From the NCBI GenBank assembly GCA_002633005.1, contig NMRA01000034.1:1228012-1292011 (forward strand): DNA of 64,000 bases. The letters are read 5' to 3'. A program made the position numbers and the translations under genes. The stretch comes from Phoronis australis (Eukaryota > Animalia > Phoronida). Positions within the stretch are counted from its first letter, which is position 1. The number at the start of each line of letters is the position of its first letter. The notes under the pieces are model-generated. The model was not told the origin of the DNA. It ran no database searches and was given only the letters and a program-made list of their open reading frames with translations. Below, piece after piece: positions 25,501 through 40,500 of the stretch.

Positions 25501-28500
25501 CCGTTAAGGAACTCGAAAGATACAGTCGAAATTAAAAACACTAAAATTGTCACAAGGGGCACAGTGTTAGTCAGACGGGAAATACACGTCAACCAGAAAG
25601 AGATGAAAGCAATATGCACCCACATAATGCGGGTACATAAATAAGGCATGCAAATGATGCTATGGATTTCAGTGTTTGGAGAGATTGTATGTGAAAAAGA
25701 ACTTACTGCAAGACACCAGTGCATTCCCAGATGGACAGGGATGAGGATGAAGTCAAAGGAAAAGATGTCTACTCTCCTTGTCCATCGTTTCAGTACAGGA
25801 TGGCCACCTGATCAAAGCAAATACACAAGACATACAGAAACCCAGTGTGCAATAGATTTAACATGGTTGTACAAACACCTCTGCCTATTTGTAAACAGAA
25901 TATTACTAAATCCATTGACTCGAGATTTTGCAAACAATTCAAAACGACAATCCTGTGCAAGTCTTACTGAAAAAAATTATGTTAAAAAGACGAATCGTTT
26001 CAGTTACGAGCCTGCCTTCTGATAAAATATCTTATTGATGATTTGTTCCTTACTCAGGTTGGAAGTGATGTCTGAGTATGGGAAGAATTGATGGTTACTG
26101 CTTGAGACTAGACTGAATAAGGGCAAAGCAGTAACTACTTGCCAGCTAGCCCAGAAATTTCTTCTAATATTCTGATAAGTAGCCTGAATTTATATAAAAG
26201 TTTGTTTGTTTTACAGGATTGGTTAGTTCGGGAAACCTTTAAATAATATTCACAACATAAGGCCAACAATAGCACCATTGGTCCAGGTCTGCACGCTCAC
26301 TGTTTAAAGAAAAAAGCTAGATCCCAACACATTTCAGCTGGCATCAGATGTACATGGAGGAAAAAAAATAACTCTGACCTCAGAGGGCATTAGGTGACTC
26401 TGGGGGAAAAAAGGTCATGGCCCATTTCAAGTGATTAGTTATCTTTATTTTTTGAAAATATTAATGACTAAAAATATATCGTATCACCGCATCATTTTCT
26501 AATGGCATAAGCCACAACCATATAATGCAGTGCACACCAAAAATGATCAAACAAAATGATCAACAATTTCTGCCATGACAGCTGAGCACAAAACAAGTTC
26601 CCTGGCGTGAATTGGAACTTGCCATCAGAGTATGCTAAATTCCTTTCAATTTAGCAGATATTATAAAGTACATGCAGCTCCAAATGAACATTTTTCCATG
26701 TTCATGTTCATGTTCTGTACCATATCCACCACATGACAATATTTTGAGTAACTATGACAATTTACAACAATGTTACAAGACCTTGAAAATTGAAACCGGC
26801 AGTTTCAGTATTAAATAAGTTTGGTCAGAAATTAAAGATTGTACCGTAGTTAGAATGATCAATCATAACCTGTCATAGAAGGAAATGGTATTTTGGATCA
26901 TGATTATTTTTGGTGTGTACTGAACACAAAAGCAGCCTCAGAAAATGGTACATGATAGGCAACTCACCTGACATTAGCTTTTGGTAAAAGAATGTGTTGA
27001 ACACGTGTACTTTAGGAAAGTCATCCTTTCCACCCCTGGCAGCTAACATGCTCATGTAGAAATTAATGACCTATGAAGTAATATATTAGTGAGTTGGATA
27101 ATAGTTGAAGACATGCACAGCTCCAGTTTATTACAACATCAGATTATAAACAACAGATTCGCAACTCCGACATTTTCTTCCGCAATATCTTAAGAGGCGG
27201 CGCCACTCTCCTAAATTATCTGGTTCATTTTCCCGTTAGTGTATTGAGACATGAAATTCTCGCATCTAGTTTACTGTCCAGTACAACGAAAACAAAATAA
27301 TAATTTCAGCATCAAAACGCTGAACCTTAAAATAGTAGAACTGTTGGTATCGTGAGTACTTTTAGCAATACTACTACCACCTGACCACACAACAGCCAAC
27401 CAAAATTAGCAGACGGCGTACTTGCCGGAAATAATACCAGATAAATTGGCCAGGTGTCACTAGTAAATAATGATGTAATGTTGTGCGGAAGAGCACAGAT
27501 TTTGTCCATTGAAAGTATACGGAGTTGGTGGTCCAGGTACTATAGTCTATGGTTACAACACCTACAGCACCAAGCTGTACAAGATAGATGATAGATGTAG
27601 CATACATGCTTCCTATTTATGGCCAATTGAACACTCTGGAAACAAAACGTAACTACATTTCTTATATCTAACATCAGAAAAATTTACTACGAGAGCGAAT
27701 CATCAGTTCAATACAAACTTAGAGAGGTTAATTTTGCCATCTTTCTGGTGAATCTTGAATTTGAGGTAGCCAATATTGCGCATTTCTAGAATTTGGGACA
27801 AGCTTAAGACCATGAGCAAAATAATTTATTTTTCGCTGTCCCAAAATAGAGAATTTCTACCATAATAGGTCCCTGTCAAACCAGACGAATTGTTTGAAGG
27901 CATTGTGGGTGACTAAGGATGGTATTAAGTATGTTGAGGCCTTCTTAACTGCTAAGTCGTGCAACGAATGCGGAGGTCTATATGTTTTGAGTTGAATCAT
28001 ATTCCATACAAACTACCACTAACCAGGCTAGCACGAACTAAGCTGATTTGTTTAGTTAGGCATCATTCTATCCTTCAGTGTTGGATTTCTTGATTGTGCT
28101 TTCCTTTGCATTATTTTGTATTTTCACCAATGTATAAAAAGAGGACTTGCAACACATTACTAAAGCAGATTGAATAAACTGCTAGGACAGTTCACAATAA
28201 CTTTAACGAATCAAGTGTATAGTACGTTCTCTTTGGGGTAGTCAAGGCTTGCTGCTTGCGTATATGTTTATCATCATGCAAAAAAATTGTTTAATTATAT
28301 TTCACCTTGTTGAAAATCCAAGCAAACCAGAACAATGCACGGCATTGATATGCAGCCAACATGTGCACAGCATACAACGCTGATACAAGATGAACGGAAC
28401 AAATTTAAACTGCCATGTAGAACTATGATCACTATCGATTGTTCCATTCACAGAGAACCAAACATTAACCCGTGATAAAATGTGATGCTTTTATTAATTT

Positions 28501-31500
28501 TCAAGTGATAAACTTACTAAACTTTGTGGTGGAAAAAAGCTCATGTAAGTTTTGCAGATTATTACAATAACCGCGACAATATCGCACTGGTCAGTCCCCC
28601 TGCTCGCAAGGTTCTGACTGACAATCATGATTTGGAAATGCCATCAAGTAACAGCCTGTGTCAATGCGTGTCTCATTTCTTTCAGCAGAGTAGTTTGAGT
28701 AGCCAAGAAATACTTAAAGCCCTAATTTTTCTTGTTTCTGAGGCAGCATGTTAGCATATGTATGAATCATATGTCAATCACAAGTTGGTGCTAATGTAAC
28801 AAAACAGTGATTCAAATCCACAAACTTATGCGCGCGCATGCACACACGCACGCACGCACGCACACACACCACTCCAAAGCCACAAATCAAAAGAGAACAC
28901 CGACAGCCCTAAATAAAGCAGTTTAGTGTCTTAGCCCTAGGCTATTAAGTGCCTAAAATGTTTATTTAGCAATGGCAATTATTTGAGACCAAGTGGTTTA
29001 CGATGTTCCCCAGGCCAGATATTCTCCTGTTCCGATGTTTCCCTAGCTTGATGTTCCTTGAGCTCGATGTTCTATGCCAGTAGCCAGCTATTGAAACTAA
29101 ACAGAGAGGTGCCAAATTATGATTAGCAAACGTTTATTCTTCACTTCATTAAGTCTCCCCACTACTGCCAATTTTTCAATCCCTGGGTCGTCAGTTGACC
29201 ACGTGGTAGACTATTCAGACTCAATTGAAAGCAAAGTTGTTCCAGCTAAATCGGACCAATTGGAAACAAAATTATTTCAGGTGACTGAAAAGGGTAGGAT
29301 ATAAGGATATCTGCCAACACAGTCATGCCTAGGTGGAGTTTGCCACAAAAATCGTACGAAAATATTACTTAGATTCCAGTCTTTTAATTTTTTATTAGTG
29401 CAAATATCAGGATTAACGACTGTGCTCACATGAGGGCTTAACTGTATACTTATACCATTAGCGGAAAATCTCATAATTACCAACAAGCCAGTTCAAGTTT
29501 TCTAAACCCAAGCAATGCAGTCGTTCAACTTCAAAAGCCTGAGTGTATTCTGCTACTCCTACCTCATCATTCAGCCAATTCAGTCCAGCCAGGGTGGCCA
29601 TGTCTCGACGATGAATAGCGATCCTATGGGCAGTGACCAGAACCTCTGAATCGGGGTAGGGCACTAGGGCATTGTCAATTATCTCCTGCATCTCCGTGGT
29701 CAGTTCTGAAAACACCAAGTTCTGCCGCCTTAACACATACAATAACAACGTCCAACTTATAGGAAAATATTTGACAGGTATCTAACGATTTGTAACAATC
29801 GTCAACACTTTTAGAGTTACTCGCACAAAGACAAAATGAAAACAAAACCCAGCCCCTAATTTCTTGAAAACACCAAAGTTGCACAATAAATTTGTAATAA
29901 GATGGAAGATAAGTTTCAATAGCAAAATCAAAATTTCACAGATAATAATCCATGCCTGATGTGACAAGTTGGCAGTTCATAGAAGGTATACGTTAAAAAA
30001 ATTCTGTCCTGTGAATACCACTCTTGCCAGCTACATTGTACACTACAGTGATAAATGTCACTCATACCAGGAAGCTCCTCCTCTTCCTCTTCTTCCTCCT
30101 CATAACTCTCCTCAATCACAGCTGGCTCCTCCTCTTCTAGTCTCATCTGTTCTCGTATCTGCTGCTCCAACCGTTTAGCTTCTTTTTCATGCTAGAATTA
30201 ACAAAGTCGAGTAACAAATGAAAACTATTGCAGGTACATTCAGATAAGATTATATTACCAAAAAATTGTATGCACATTTACAGGTCAATAATTACACAAT
30301 CTAAAGGTAGATCTAAACAAGAGCAGAGCGTTGAAACGTCCCTACGACTTGTTAGTTTCACAGTCGTTATGTGATAAGACTAATTTGCCCACTATAAAAT
30401 CAAAACTGACAAATCCCTGACATATGCCTCTCTGTCGAGGTCCATCAACAAAGGGTAAAGCACAAATCCCGGAATCAGATCCTCCCAAAAGCCACCTAAG
30501 CTGTGCTCTCATTAACACACCTAGCAAATTATTAACAAGGACAACCCTTCAAAGAACTTGGTATGTGTGGAGGCAAGGAACAAATTAAACCATCACTAGG
30601 GGTCACAACTGTACAGTAATTTCTTGACGATCTTTCAAACTGTCTGGCAGGTACAGAAGCAAGTGCCAAAACAAAGTCACAGGACCATCATCATTTTAAA
30701 TATTCCCTCTAGAGGGAGTAATGCTAGCACACTTAAAATAATCTCTAGGGGGTGCAAGTCACCTATGCTCTCCCTAATAGACACCTGCCACCTATCACTA
30801 TGACTCTTCAAGTAGTTTGACACATAGTGTGGCGGATAAGAAAAAAACAGACACGAAAATAATAAAAAGGGAATTAGGGGGCGCAGCAAACGTCAAATCC
30901 GTTTGAAATCGGGGTACGTTTACGGAGTTCAAAATAATCGGATTTGTCACAAAAATTCACCTCAGGAATTTTTATCCATGGGAACACACATGCCAAATTT
31001 CATGAAGATTGATTAAGACACTTGGCAGATATTGAAATGCCAACAAAAAATCATCAACTGTCCTCTTCTCAATAGGAAAACATATGCCAATTTTCAAAAT
31101 GATGACACTAGGTGGCATAAAATAACCAAATAAATCCTGAAAATGAAGATGTCATCATCTCCTTATTAAAAACTTTTTGGCCACACTTCATGAAAATTCA
31201 TCAATGAACTCCAAACATACAAACAAGAGGATACAGCAATAGTCAGATTCATCCGAAATACGTTGTCATCAATTCTCATGATCATACGAAGCCTTTGGCT
31301 AATTTCACGAAGATTTTACAAGGGGTTCAGGAGACACATACATGGACAAACACCTGCCAAAGATCACAGCAATATGCAGCCACATGAACATATGTGGTAA
31401 ATAGTGGAAAACAAAAACAACACTAGAGTGCAGGATGAAGACGTTTCGATATTAATCTTAAATCCTCCTCAGGTACACCAATGGACATATTTGGGTGCAT

Positions 31501-34500
31501 AAAAGACTGATTGCTTACCCTATTTGCCATACATATTTTCTCAAGACTGCTTTACACAGAAAAATGCACAAGCACAATGTTGACTCACCAGTTCTTTGTA
31601 CACTTTAACTTTGACTTCTTCCTCGGATATTTTCAATTTTCTTTCAGTCTGTGCTTTTTCAATATTTTCTTTTCTAAAAAAAATAGTGACTAATCACAAC
31701 ATCTCAGGCTGGTGTAGACAAAAGAGACACTGCAGGGTTGTTTTCTGTGAAAAATTCATTTTTTGATTCACCGAAGTCGATTTGTTAAAACAATAAGTTA
31801 ATTCGCTTTACATTTAAACCTGGCACTGCAGCCAGAATGATCTTCAGTTTCAACCACACATTGCATAAAATTACCATGTGCATGTACTTTGTTTGCAAAT
31901 GTTTTTTCTACAAATTTACCACATACATTTGTTGTAACCAGTCCGAGTGGGTGTAAGGGCTTGAGACAAGATGGTTTTTGAATGCTTCATTGGATGGGCA
32001 CCTAAAAATAATCGAGCAGAGCAACATGAAATGACACTGGAACCAACATTTCAAGAGCCTGCAACATTAGCAATAGTGCAAAGGCATGATTTGCAAAGCG
32101 TGATGTAATAATTACAATCAATAGCATAAACATTAACGTACAGTTTGAATTAAACTGTAAACTGGTCCTCCAGTACACTTGTAGCAAACAGACTAATATT
32201 TTTTCCAAGAACGACCTTAATTCATTGCTATTATCCCTCACCTTTGAATGTCAGTTTCTTACCACAGAAACAAGTCTGAAATTGTCAAACATTGTTTTCA
32301 CAGTCAAATTCTGAACTATCCAAACTGGCTGTAAAGCTTAAGTCACGATAATACAAATTAAAACAATTATTATTTCTAAACAATTGCTACTCTCGCTTTT
32401 GTTAACTGAAGTTGTTACTAGTATTACAATATTGTTATTATTACAGTATTTACTTTAACAACAGCAATGCGCCCACCGTGTGCACCGCTTATACATGTAG
32501 CACATACAGGGGATGATCATCAAACATTCCCACTAAAGGGAGCAAAGCTAGTAAATTCAAAATAGCCTCTGGGGGTGCATAGCATAGCAAGTCAGCAATG
32601 CTCTCCTCAATAGGAACACATCTGCCAAGATCGTAAAAAATGAAATTGCCATTTGGGGCACAATGTTAGTCATATACATCCAAAAGTCGTTGTCATCCGT
32701 TGTCAGGTTCATAGAAATACATCTGGTCAAATTTCACAAAGATCATGCGATGTTTTAGGAGAAACAGAATTTTTGCGGATGTACAAATTTAAAAGCAAAC
32801 CTGCCACTAAGAGGTGCCACAGTAGACAAAAATCATTGTCAGCCATGCTTTTCCCATAAGAAAAATATACAACAATTTTCAAAACGATTGTTAGAGTGGT
32901 TTGGAACACAGAGAGACAGACACCAAGAAGCAGATTCGGAAATAATAAAAACCGCCACTAGAAGGCATAATAATCCATCTGAAAACATGAAGATGTCGTC
33001 GACTCTAATAAAAACAAATTTGCTAATTTCACAAAGATTCTGCAGGGGCGTAGAAGAAACATCTGCAGATACAAAACAAAAGAAAACTGCCACTAGGATG
33101 CGCCACAGTATTCGGAGCCATTCCAAAGCCACTGCCAACAACCCTCTTCCCAGCAGGAATATATAAGCCAATACATAACCATCCTCAGAGTGGTTCAGTC
33201 GATAGGGCCGTGGTCGACAAAATCAGTCAACAAAATATTAAAAACGGCTACTATGTAGTGTGCACTATGTCGACTCCAACTGAAAACGGGAAGATGTAAT
33301 TGCATCTTCAATACAAGCCTATTTTCAAAACTAGTCTTCATAATAATTCTTTAAGGAATAGATGAAAATAGAAAAAATAAAACTACCACTAGGGGGCACA
33401 GAGGTAGTCGGATTTGTCCGAAAGTCGTCACCATCTGTTGTTATCTTCATACAAATACATTTGCCAAGTATATCAACGATCTTGTAGAAGTTCAGGTAAG
33501 GAGATGGACGCAAAAAACAAAACTACCACTAGTAGGCACCACAGTAGTCATAACCACCTGAAAATCATCAACCGCTGCCATCTTCCCAGAAGGAACACAT
33601 ATATCAATTTCCATAATCATCTTTAGAGTGGTTTGGTCAACAGAGGGATGGACGACAAAAAACATACTAAAAAAGTAAAAACGACTAAGTGCCGCAAAAT
33701 ACATCGAATCCCTGCCAAAATGTTGGACGGTGACATCATTTCCTTAATAAGTGCCCAGCTGCCAAATGTCATGAAAATCCGTTCGAAGAGAGAGGTACAC
33801 GTAAAACACTAAAATTGCCATGAGGGGGCACACCAGTAGTCAGATCATCCGAAAATTCGCTAATGACGTCCCATCCATGACAGGAACTTTTATCTGCCAA
33901 CTTTCATGCACATAACAGGAGACGCAAGACCGACGAACAGGGATGACGGCACAATGCGCCCACGTATAAATATGCGGAACACATAAAAATCAATGCTCGT
34001 CTATAAAACAATGAAAACACAACATCAATATGTATGGTAAATCTAAGAGTAGTATCCTTTGATAACTAAAACTAGCAGTTTCATGAGCAATGCAGTTAGT
34101 TGAAACGTGCCCAGCATGCGCACTGTAAACCACAAAGAGAAAAGAGGTACTTTTTTACGAACATTTCCATGCACTAAACTCTAATGAACTTAAAATTGAT
34201 TCTACAAGGTGTAGTCCTAGCCATTCGACAATGGGCCGTTATAATCTTCGTAGATAATGAGATTGCCGCAATGAAACTTTAGTGCTGTTACAAGGGGACA
34301 CTGCAGCAGTCGAATACATCCAATAATTTGTTGACTTACTCGTCTTGTCTAATGCATTTGATATTAATTTCTATTAACAAAGTTTGTCATAAACTCAATG
34401 AACCAAAAACTATTCATTATTGATTAAAAGCTTACACAGCACGTGGACTTGTGGCTTCTAGGGTTACGCTCACGTTGGACATGTCCTTGCAAGTCCTCTT

Positions 34501-37500
34501 TTCATCTGAAATCAAGACAGCTTTGCTTTATTAACTCCTTTCTATGCCGCGTCTCTAAAAATACATACACGTCAATCTATGACGCAAAGAGTGGGTTTCA
34601 AACTGTATCGTTTGCAAAGTCCTACAACATAAAACAGTATTAGGGAAACAAGTTTTCCTGTTTTTCAAGAGCAACATGTGTTGATATGCATGAGACCACC
34701 ATATGCATCGCTAACGGTAAAGTTACAAGGGGTGCTCATTTTTCAATATCTCAAAGGTATTTGGATCCACTTAAAAATCAGCATCAGTTGCGCTCTCTTT
34801 CATGAAAATCCGTCGCAGAACTTGATAGATACTAAAAGCAGACGTAATGACAATTTGCCACTAGGGGGTGCCATAGTAGCCCCATTAGGTAAAAAAACAA
34901 CAGCCATGTTTTCTTGAATACAAACATACATGCCAAAGCTCATGAAGAACCATCACTTGAAAAATATTGTGGTATAAACAAAGAACCCAAAAAATGCCAC
35001 AAGGGAAGCACCACACTAGTCAGATCATCTAAAAACAACACCAATCATGCACTCTCTTCATGACAATACATCAAGAAACTTGGTGGGAATTGAGCACAGG
35101 CACAAAAAAATTGCCATTATGAGGCATCACAGAAGTCAGAATTGTCCGAAAATCAACCACAGCACTGTGCTCTCCTCAATATAATCACGTACATCAGACT
35201 TCTCAAGATCCATAAAAAATCGAGATATTGAGGCAAACACAAAGAAAAACTGCAATTGCCACTTAATAGAGCGCCACAGTAGATGTCTGAAAATTACAGT
35301 GGGGCACATTCTTTGCAAAATTTCATAATGATCCTTCAACCAGTTTTGCCGGTAAGCCAAACCAAGACTCGAAAATGAAAACCAGCTGCAAAGGGAAGCA
35401 CTATATGTCAAGTTCGTCTGAAATAAGGACGGTGTCGTCATCATCTCAAAACAAACACATTTGCCAAATTTCACAAAGGAACTGGGTAGACGCAGAAACA
35501 TTATTAAAAAATTAAAAATACCACTCGGAACCACAGTGGTCGTCAGATCCAACTGAAAGTCGTCGTCGTCTGTCATAAGCATCATAGGACCACGCCTGCC
35601 AAATTTCATCAAGATCCTGCAAGGGGCTTTTAGAAGAACAGATACAGCAGCGGATGCTAGATGCACAGACAGAGATGACGGCGATGTGCACCCACACACG
35701 TAAATGTGGGCACATAATAGAAAACTGAAACAATGCAGTCTTGCTAAATAAATTACAGACTCAATGCATAACTGTTACTGACCACTGATGCATTGGATTT
35801 CGTCATCTTCATCATCCTCATCATCTATAACAACTATTTCGTCACATTCCCGGGGCTCCGGCTTGGCAAGCTCCTTCTGGACTGGTGCAGACTGTTTCAA
35901 TTTTCTGGAACTCTCAGATGCTGGTCAGAGGAAAAGATAAAAAATGAAGGTCACATTAATGACTAAAAAAGTTTTGTGCAAGAAAACAAGGGGACACAGG
36001 TGAAAAGTAATTTTAACTGTGAGAGTCGCTGAATGTTCTGCCAACTAAATGAGTCGAAACACAAAAGGAAATTTGTCGTCAGACATGAGAATATATTCAT
36101 AGTTGCATAGCCAAAGACTTGGGAACAAAAACTGCTTTTTTGTAACAGTTGTCGGCAACCTACAAATTCCAGTTTGGCCTTCAGCAATGACAATGGGTCA
36201 GTTCATTCCAAGACCACAAATCTTATCTGAGAAAGAACAAGACCAATTTTATGGCAGGAAGAGTATAAGACAAAAAGGAATAGAAGAATTTAAGGCAGGT
36301 GGATTGGGGTTTCAACTTACATGGAACAGCATTGGTATGAGTGATTGTTACAGGAATCACTTTCTCCTTCCAGAATGCCTTGTTCTTGGGCTGGCTTTCA
36401 CTACTTTTGTTGGCAGAGACAAAACTCCTACAAAGTCGCAAATTAGCATGAGAAAAGCAATTACAAAATTTGCAATAGCCAATTGAGTTTTGAGGAACAT
36501 GCGATTAAGTTGACTCTGCAGGCTTCTGACAGATCGTAACAAATGATTCCATTTCCGCTTCACCAGGTAATGAGTACATGACGTGTCATTTCCAAATTCC
36601 AATTCTAATCATATAAACTGGGTGAAATGAAGCTTTAACCAGACAGGAACCAATCAAAAGTTTGGGAATTTCATGTAGAAGACTAGTATAATATGGCTAC
36701 TCAAACATTTAATGTTAAACACAGGTCATTTTTCTTGGCCTTCATTGCTTTTACCAAAAACTCAACGTGTCCATTAAACAAACACAAAATACCTGTGTAA
36801 TGAGTTTGCAAGTATCATAAAAATGACTGTTGCGAATAAGTAAAATGACTTGTTGTTCCTAGTGAAAAGACTTACAGCTGATTTGAACCGAGAGATGTTT
36901 GGAGCTGGGAAGTATTCCATGCAGTTGCAGAGGTGGTGTACTGCTGGAGTAGCTGGCGATACAACTCCTTCTCTTTTATGTTTATACTCTAAGCAATAAA
37001 AGTGGATGAAAAACATTCAGTCCAATGTCTTCTTGTGTGGTCAAGCTGTCCATGATGTGGTGAAAATTTCTCATAACAAAAAACAACTTGTAAAAGAATT
37101 TAGTCTATTGATAGCATGGTTTGTATAACTGGCATCAAAACACTTGAAACTTTTTAGCAATTTGTAGCAATATATAGTAAATCTTGAAAAAATAACAAGA
37201 TCCCATTGTGTGCAGCGCATACAATAAAAATATCACAAATACTCATTTTTTCAAACATTTCTGGAGTAGTCGAATCCATCTGAAAACATCCATTAGCTTT
37301 CCCCAGTGGCAACACACATCAAAGAACTCAAAAATATTTAAGACAGATGCAATGATAATCTGCCACTAGGGGCGCCACAGTATTTAAGTCTTCCTCAATG
37401 CCAACCTGTGAGCCAAATTTAATGAAGATCCGTAAAAAATGGGGTAGATTTTTAGGCAAATGCAACGAAACTACAAATCGCCACAAGCCCAAGAGAGCAC

Positions 37501-40500
37501 CATAGTTATAGTAAGATTCGTAAAAAACTCCACCAAACAAGCCATACACATGGAAAGCATGGAATGGAAAAATGAAACAGAGACACTGAAGTTCACTACC
37601 AGTTAAAGTTCCAATGCATTCCTCAGTGAAATATGATGGTACTCAAGATATAGGTAATGACGTTTTAAGGGTTGTTTTGAAAGATTTGATAACATACCTG
37701 AAACATCAACTATTACAATGCAATGAACTTCAGGCTTACCATTTTATTCTTCACAATAACACATAATTTGATCAGTAGTAGTTAGCCAAGCCTGAAAGTG
37801 TAGGCAAAATGATCTCAGCCATGACTTCACATTACAGTGTGCTTGTGTTAGAGCCTACGTACGTTGACAGCAGTTCCGTGATGTTCCCTGCGGTTGGTGG
37901 AGTTATGGATAGACAGTGGACGTGGGTAGGTCTTTTCATAGAGTGAGGTATATGATTTGTTAGTCCTCCAACTAACAGGAGACACAGGCTTCTTAGGGGT
38001 TCTCCACTCTGGCAGTATCCTAGCTGAACTGGACCTCTTGCTGTCTACTGAATGGGGGGTCCCTTGTTTAGTCCTGAAAACACAATTCTTTACAATACCA
38101 ACAGTAAGTCAATTGGAATACTACACAATAAATAAAGTATAACATCAAGACAGTCATGAAATTGTGCATACTATTGGAAATAGGCACATACAAAGTTTTA
38201 CTCATATCCAAAAAAATATCTGGGTGACAGTATTCTACATCACAAACTTTTAGGATATTTGTATGTGACTGGGAACTGCACAGTAACGTAAAAAAGAGCA
38301 TGTATGTCATGGAAAAAGAAAAACAAAGGAAGAATATTGGTCATAGCTTGCAACCCATTTTTGCAACTTAGAAGGAGACATATTATATTATCATCAAAAC
38401 TTAGTAGTGATACAAATGAGCGCTTGAAGTATCAACCTACAGGTCAAAAATTTCAACCTGGAAATCCGATTTTTGAATTGGATAATCTCCATTGACAGAA
38501 CTCTGACTGTACTTCGGGAGCAAGTTTTCTGTTATACAGAATTTGTTGAATACACGACACTTTTCATTGTTCACGGTCTTTATTCCGTTGCGTTCATACT
38601 TTCTGAACAAAACTCTACTCTCTACTGAACATAGATACAGTAACTGACCTAGCGACATAATTAAAAGACACACGATATTTCGAAACATACTTGTTTCATT
38701 CTCAAGTGAAGATAAAATGACGCNGACAGAACTCTAAAAACAACACAACACAGATCTCATGTTGACCTACCTGGCCCTTATGTCCTGACGACGCCTGAAG
38801 ACAGAATGTTTCCCTGCAGTGGAGGTCTTCACAGAGCTGAGAGTTGATTGCCCAGTGACACTGGTAGCAGGTTTGGCACTGCGAGCAACAGGAACATCCA
38901 AAGCTGGAACAAGGATGTTACATTAGATTCACAGGTGAATTTTCTCCGACTATTCACATGCGCAACTGGGAGGACAGTCATGCAGAGTTGGTATAGTTTT
39001 TGATTCATGAGATGGGAGGATATTAACTAGCGTATCAACAGAAAGTAATAATCTTTACAAATTTAAGAAATTGACCAAAGGACTGAAGACTAGACTTGTT
39101 TTCCATATTAGTGGCTAAGACGTTTACAATCTTGAAGGCTTAATCACAGTTTGAGACTTGCCATCATTGAACACCTGAAATACAAAAGCTGAGAACCATT
39201 TTTGAATTTAGTACTGTATGGTTGCACCACAGTCATCTGTAAGAGCCTGAAACAGTATTGTGTCACTGTGTTTAAGACCCAATAGCAAACGTCAAGCAAC
39301 AAATTCTTTGGTATAACAAGAGCATGAAAGCGGCCTAGATTTAACTGATAACAAATTATTTGGAAAAAATAAACTGAGTTGAGATATAATGTATTCAGTT
39401 TGCTTTCATTCATGGTATTCTTCATAACATTGTAGCACCACATCCTACAGCAAGACCGTGGAAATCTAAACGTAATGAGATCACACTATTTTACATCAAC
39501 AGCCACATCACATTCAAAATCTTTATCACCCATTAGCAACAACGCCTATTAGAACGGGGCCCGCTATGTTAGCAAATGGCTCCTGAATGAGCAGATCAGT
39601 CTTGCAAAGTTGTAAGACACACCGTGCAACTAAGAGTGATTCAATTTCTGGCAACAAAGACCATAAACTCAAACTGTTCTATCTGCAAATCTCTAGATGA
39701 TTTCCATCACATGCACCATGAAACTGACTTGGGAGTACAACAAAAAATCCAAACACAGGTCTTTGACTGACCAATGACAAAAAAGAGGAAAACTTTAATT
39801 TCTAGTTGAAACACTGTTCTACAAATTACTAGGCATACTGTGATAGAAATTTTTGAGTTGTAAAATTTAACAGCAAGCAATGTTTTTTGCAAGAATAGTC
39901 GAAACAATGATAAAAAAGAGATAAAATAGAGGAAACTTGAAATCATATCAGAGAAAATCGAATCCAAACAAGAAGAAATCCTCTTAAAAAGAGGAAAATT
40001 CCAAGCCCTGGAACATGAGAGACACTCACTTTTGCTTTCTTCACCGATATACACTGGCTTCTTTTCCTTTACACCATGTTCCTGAAATCAAAATTAGGAT
40101 AAGTATTGGTGAGGAAACTTACTATTTATTAATTGCAGAATAATCCACAAATACAGATTTAAGCAGAAGCCTAAAAACAAGTTAACTGTAGCCACTCATA
40201 GCTAAGGAGATCAAAATCTTTACCAAATATCGGAAAACATTATGGTTATGAAGGACCCTAGAAAAAGGTCACACGTTTTGGCCAATTTCGGAATAGCGTA
40301 TATCAGAAATGGATGATCAGATTCACGTGAAATTTTTAAATATTATGCTTTAAACACTGTTCCGCAAAACAGAATTGTTTTTGAAGTGTTTCACTTTTGC
40401 ATGAAGAGCTATCAAAAAATATCATTGATGATTTTTATGAAAGAATTATTAAAGCTGCACATTTAAACAAATTATTAAAGCAATAACAGTGTTTTTGAGA

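Noticed and set aside
34340-34370. 31-nt candidate SENP exon (AG...GTAAGT) with the same phases as exon 34505-34436
   Set aside because: Weak polypyrimidine tract and not needed for the reading frame; it could only be a mutually exclusive exon, which cannot be supported without transcripts.
35136-35699. 187-aa minus-strand ORF
   Set aside because: Lies wholly within a HINE-like repeat copy; similar spurious ORFs recur in the other copies.
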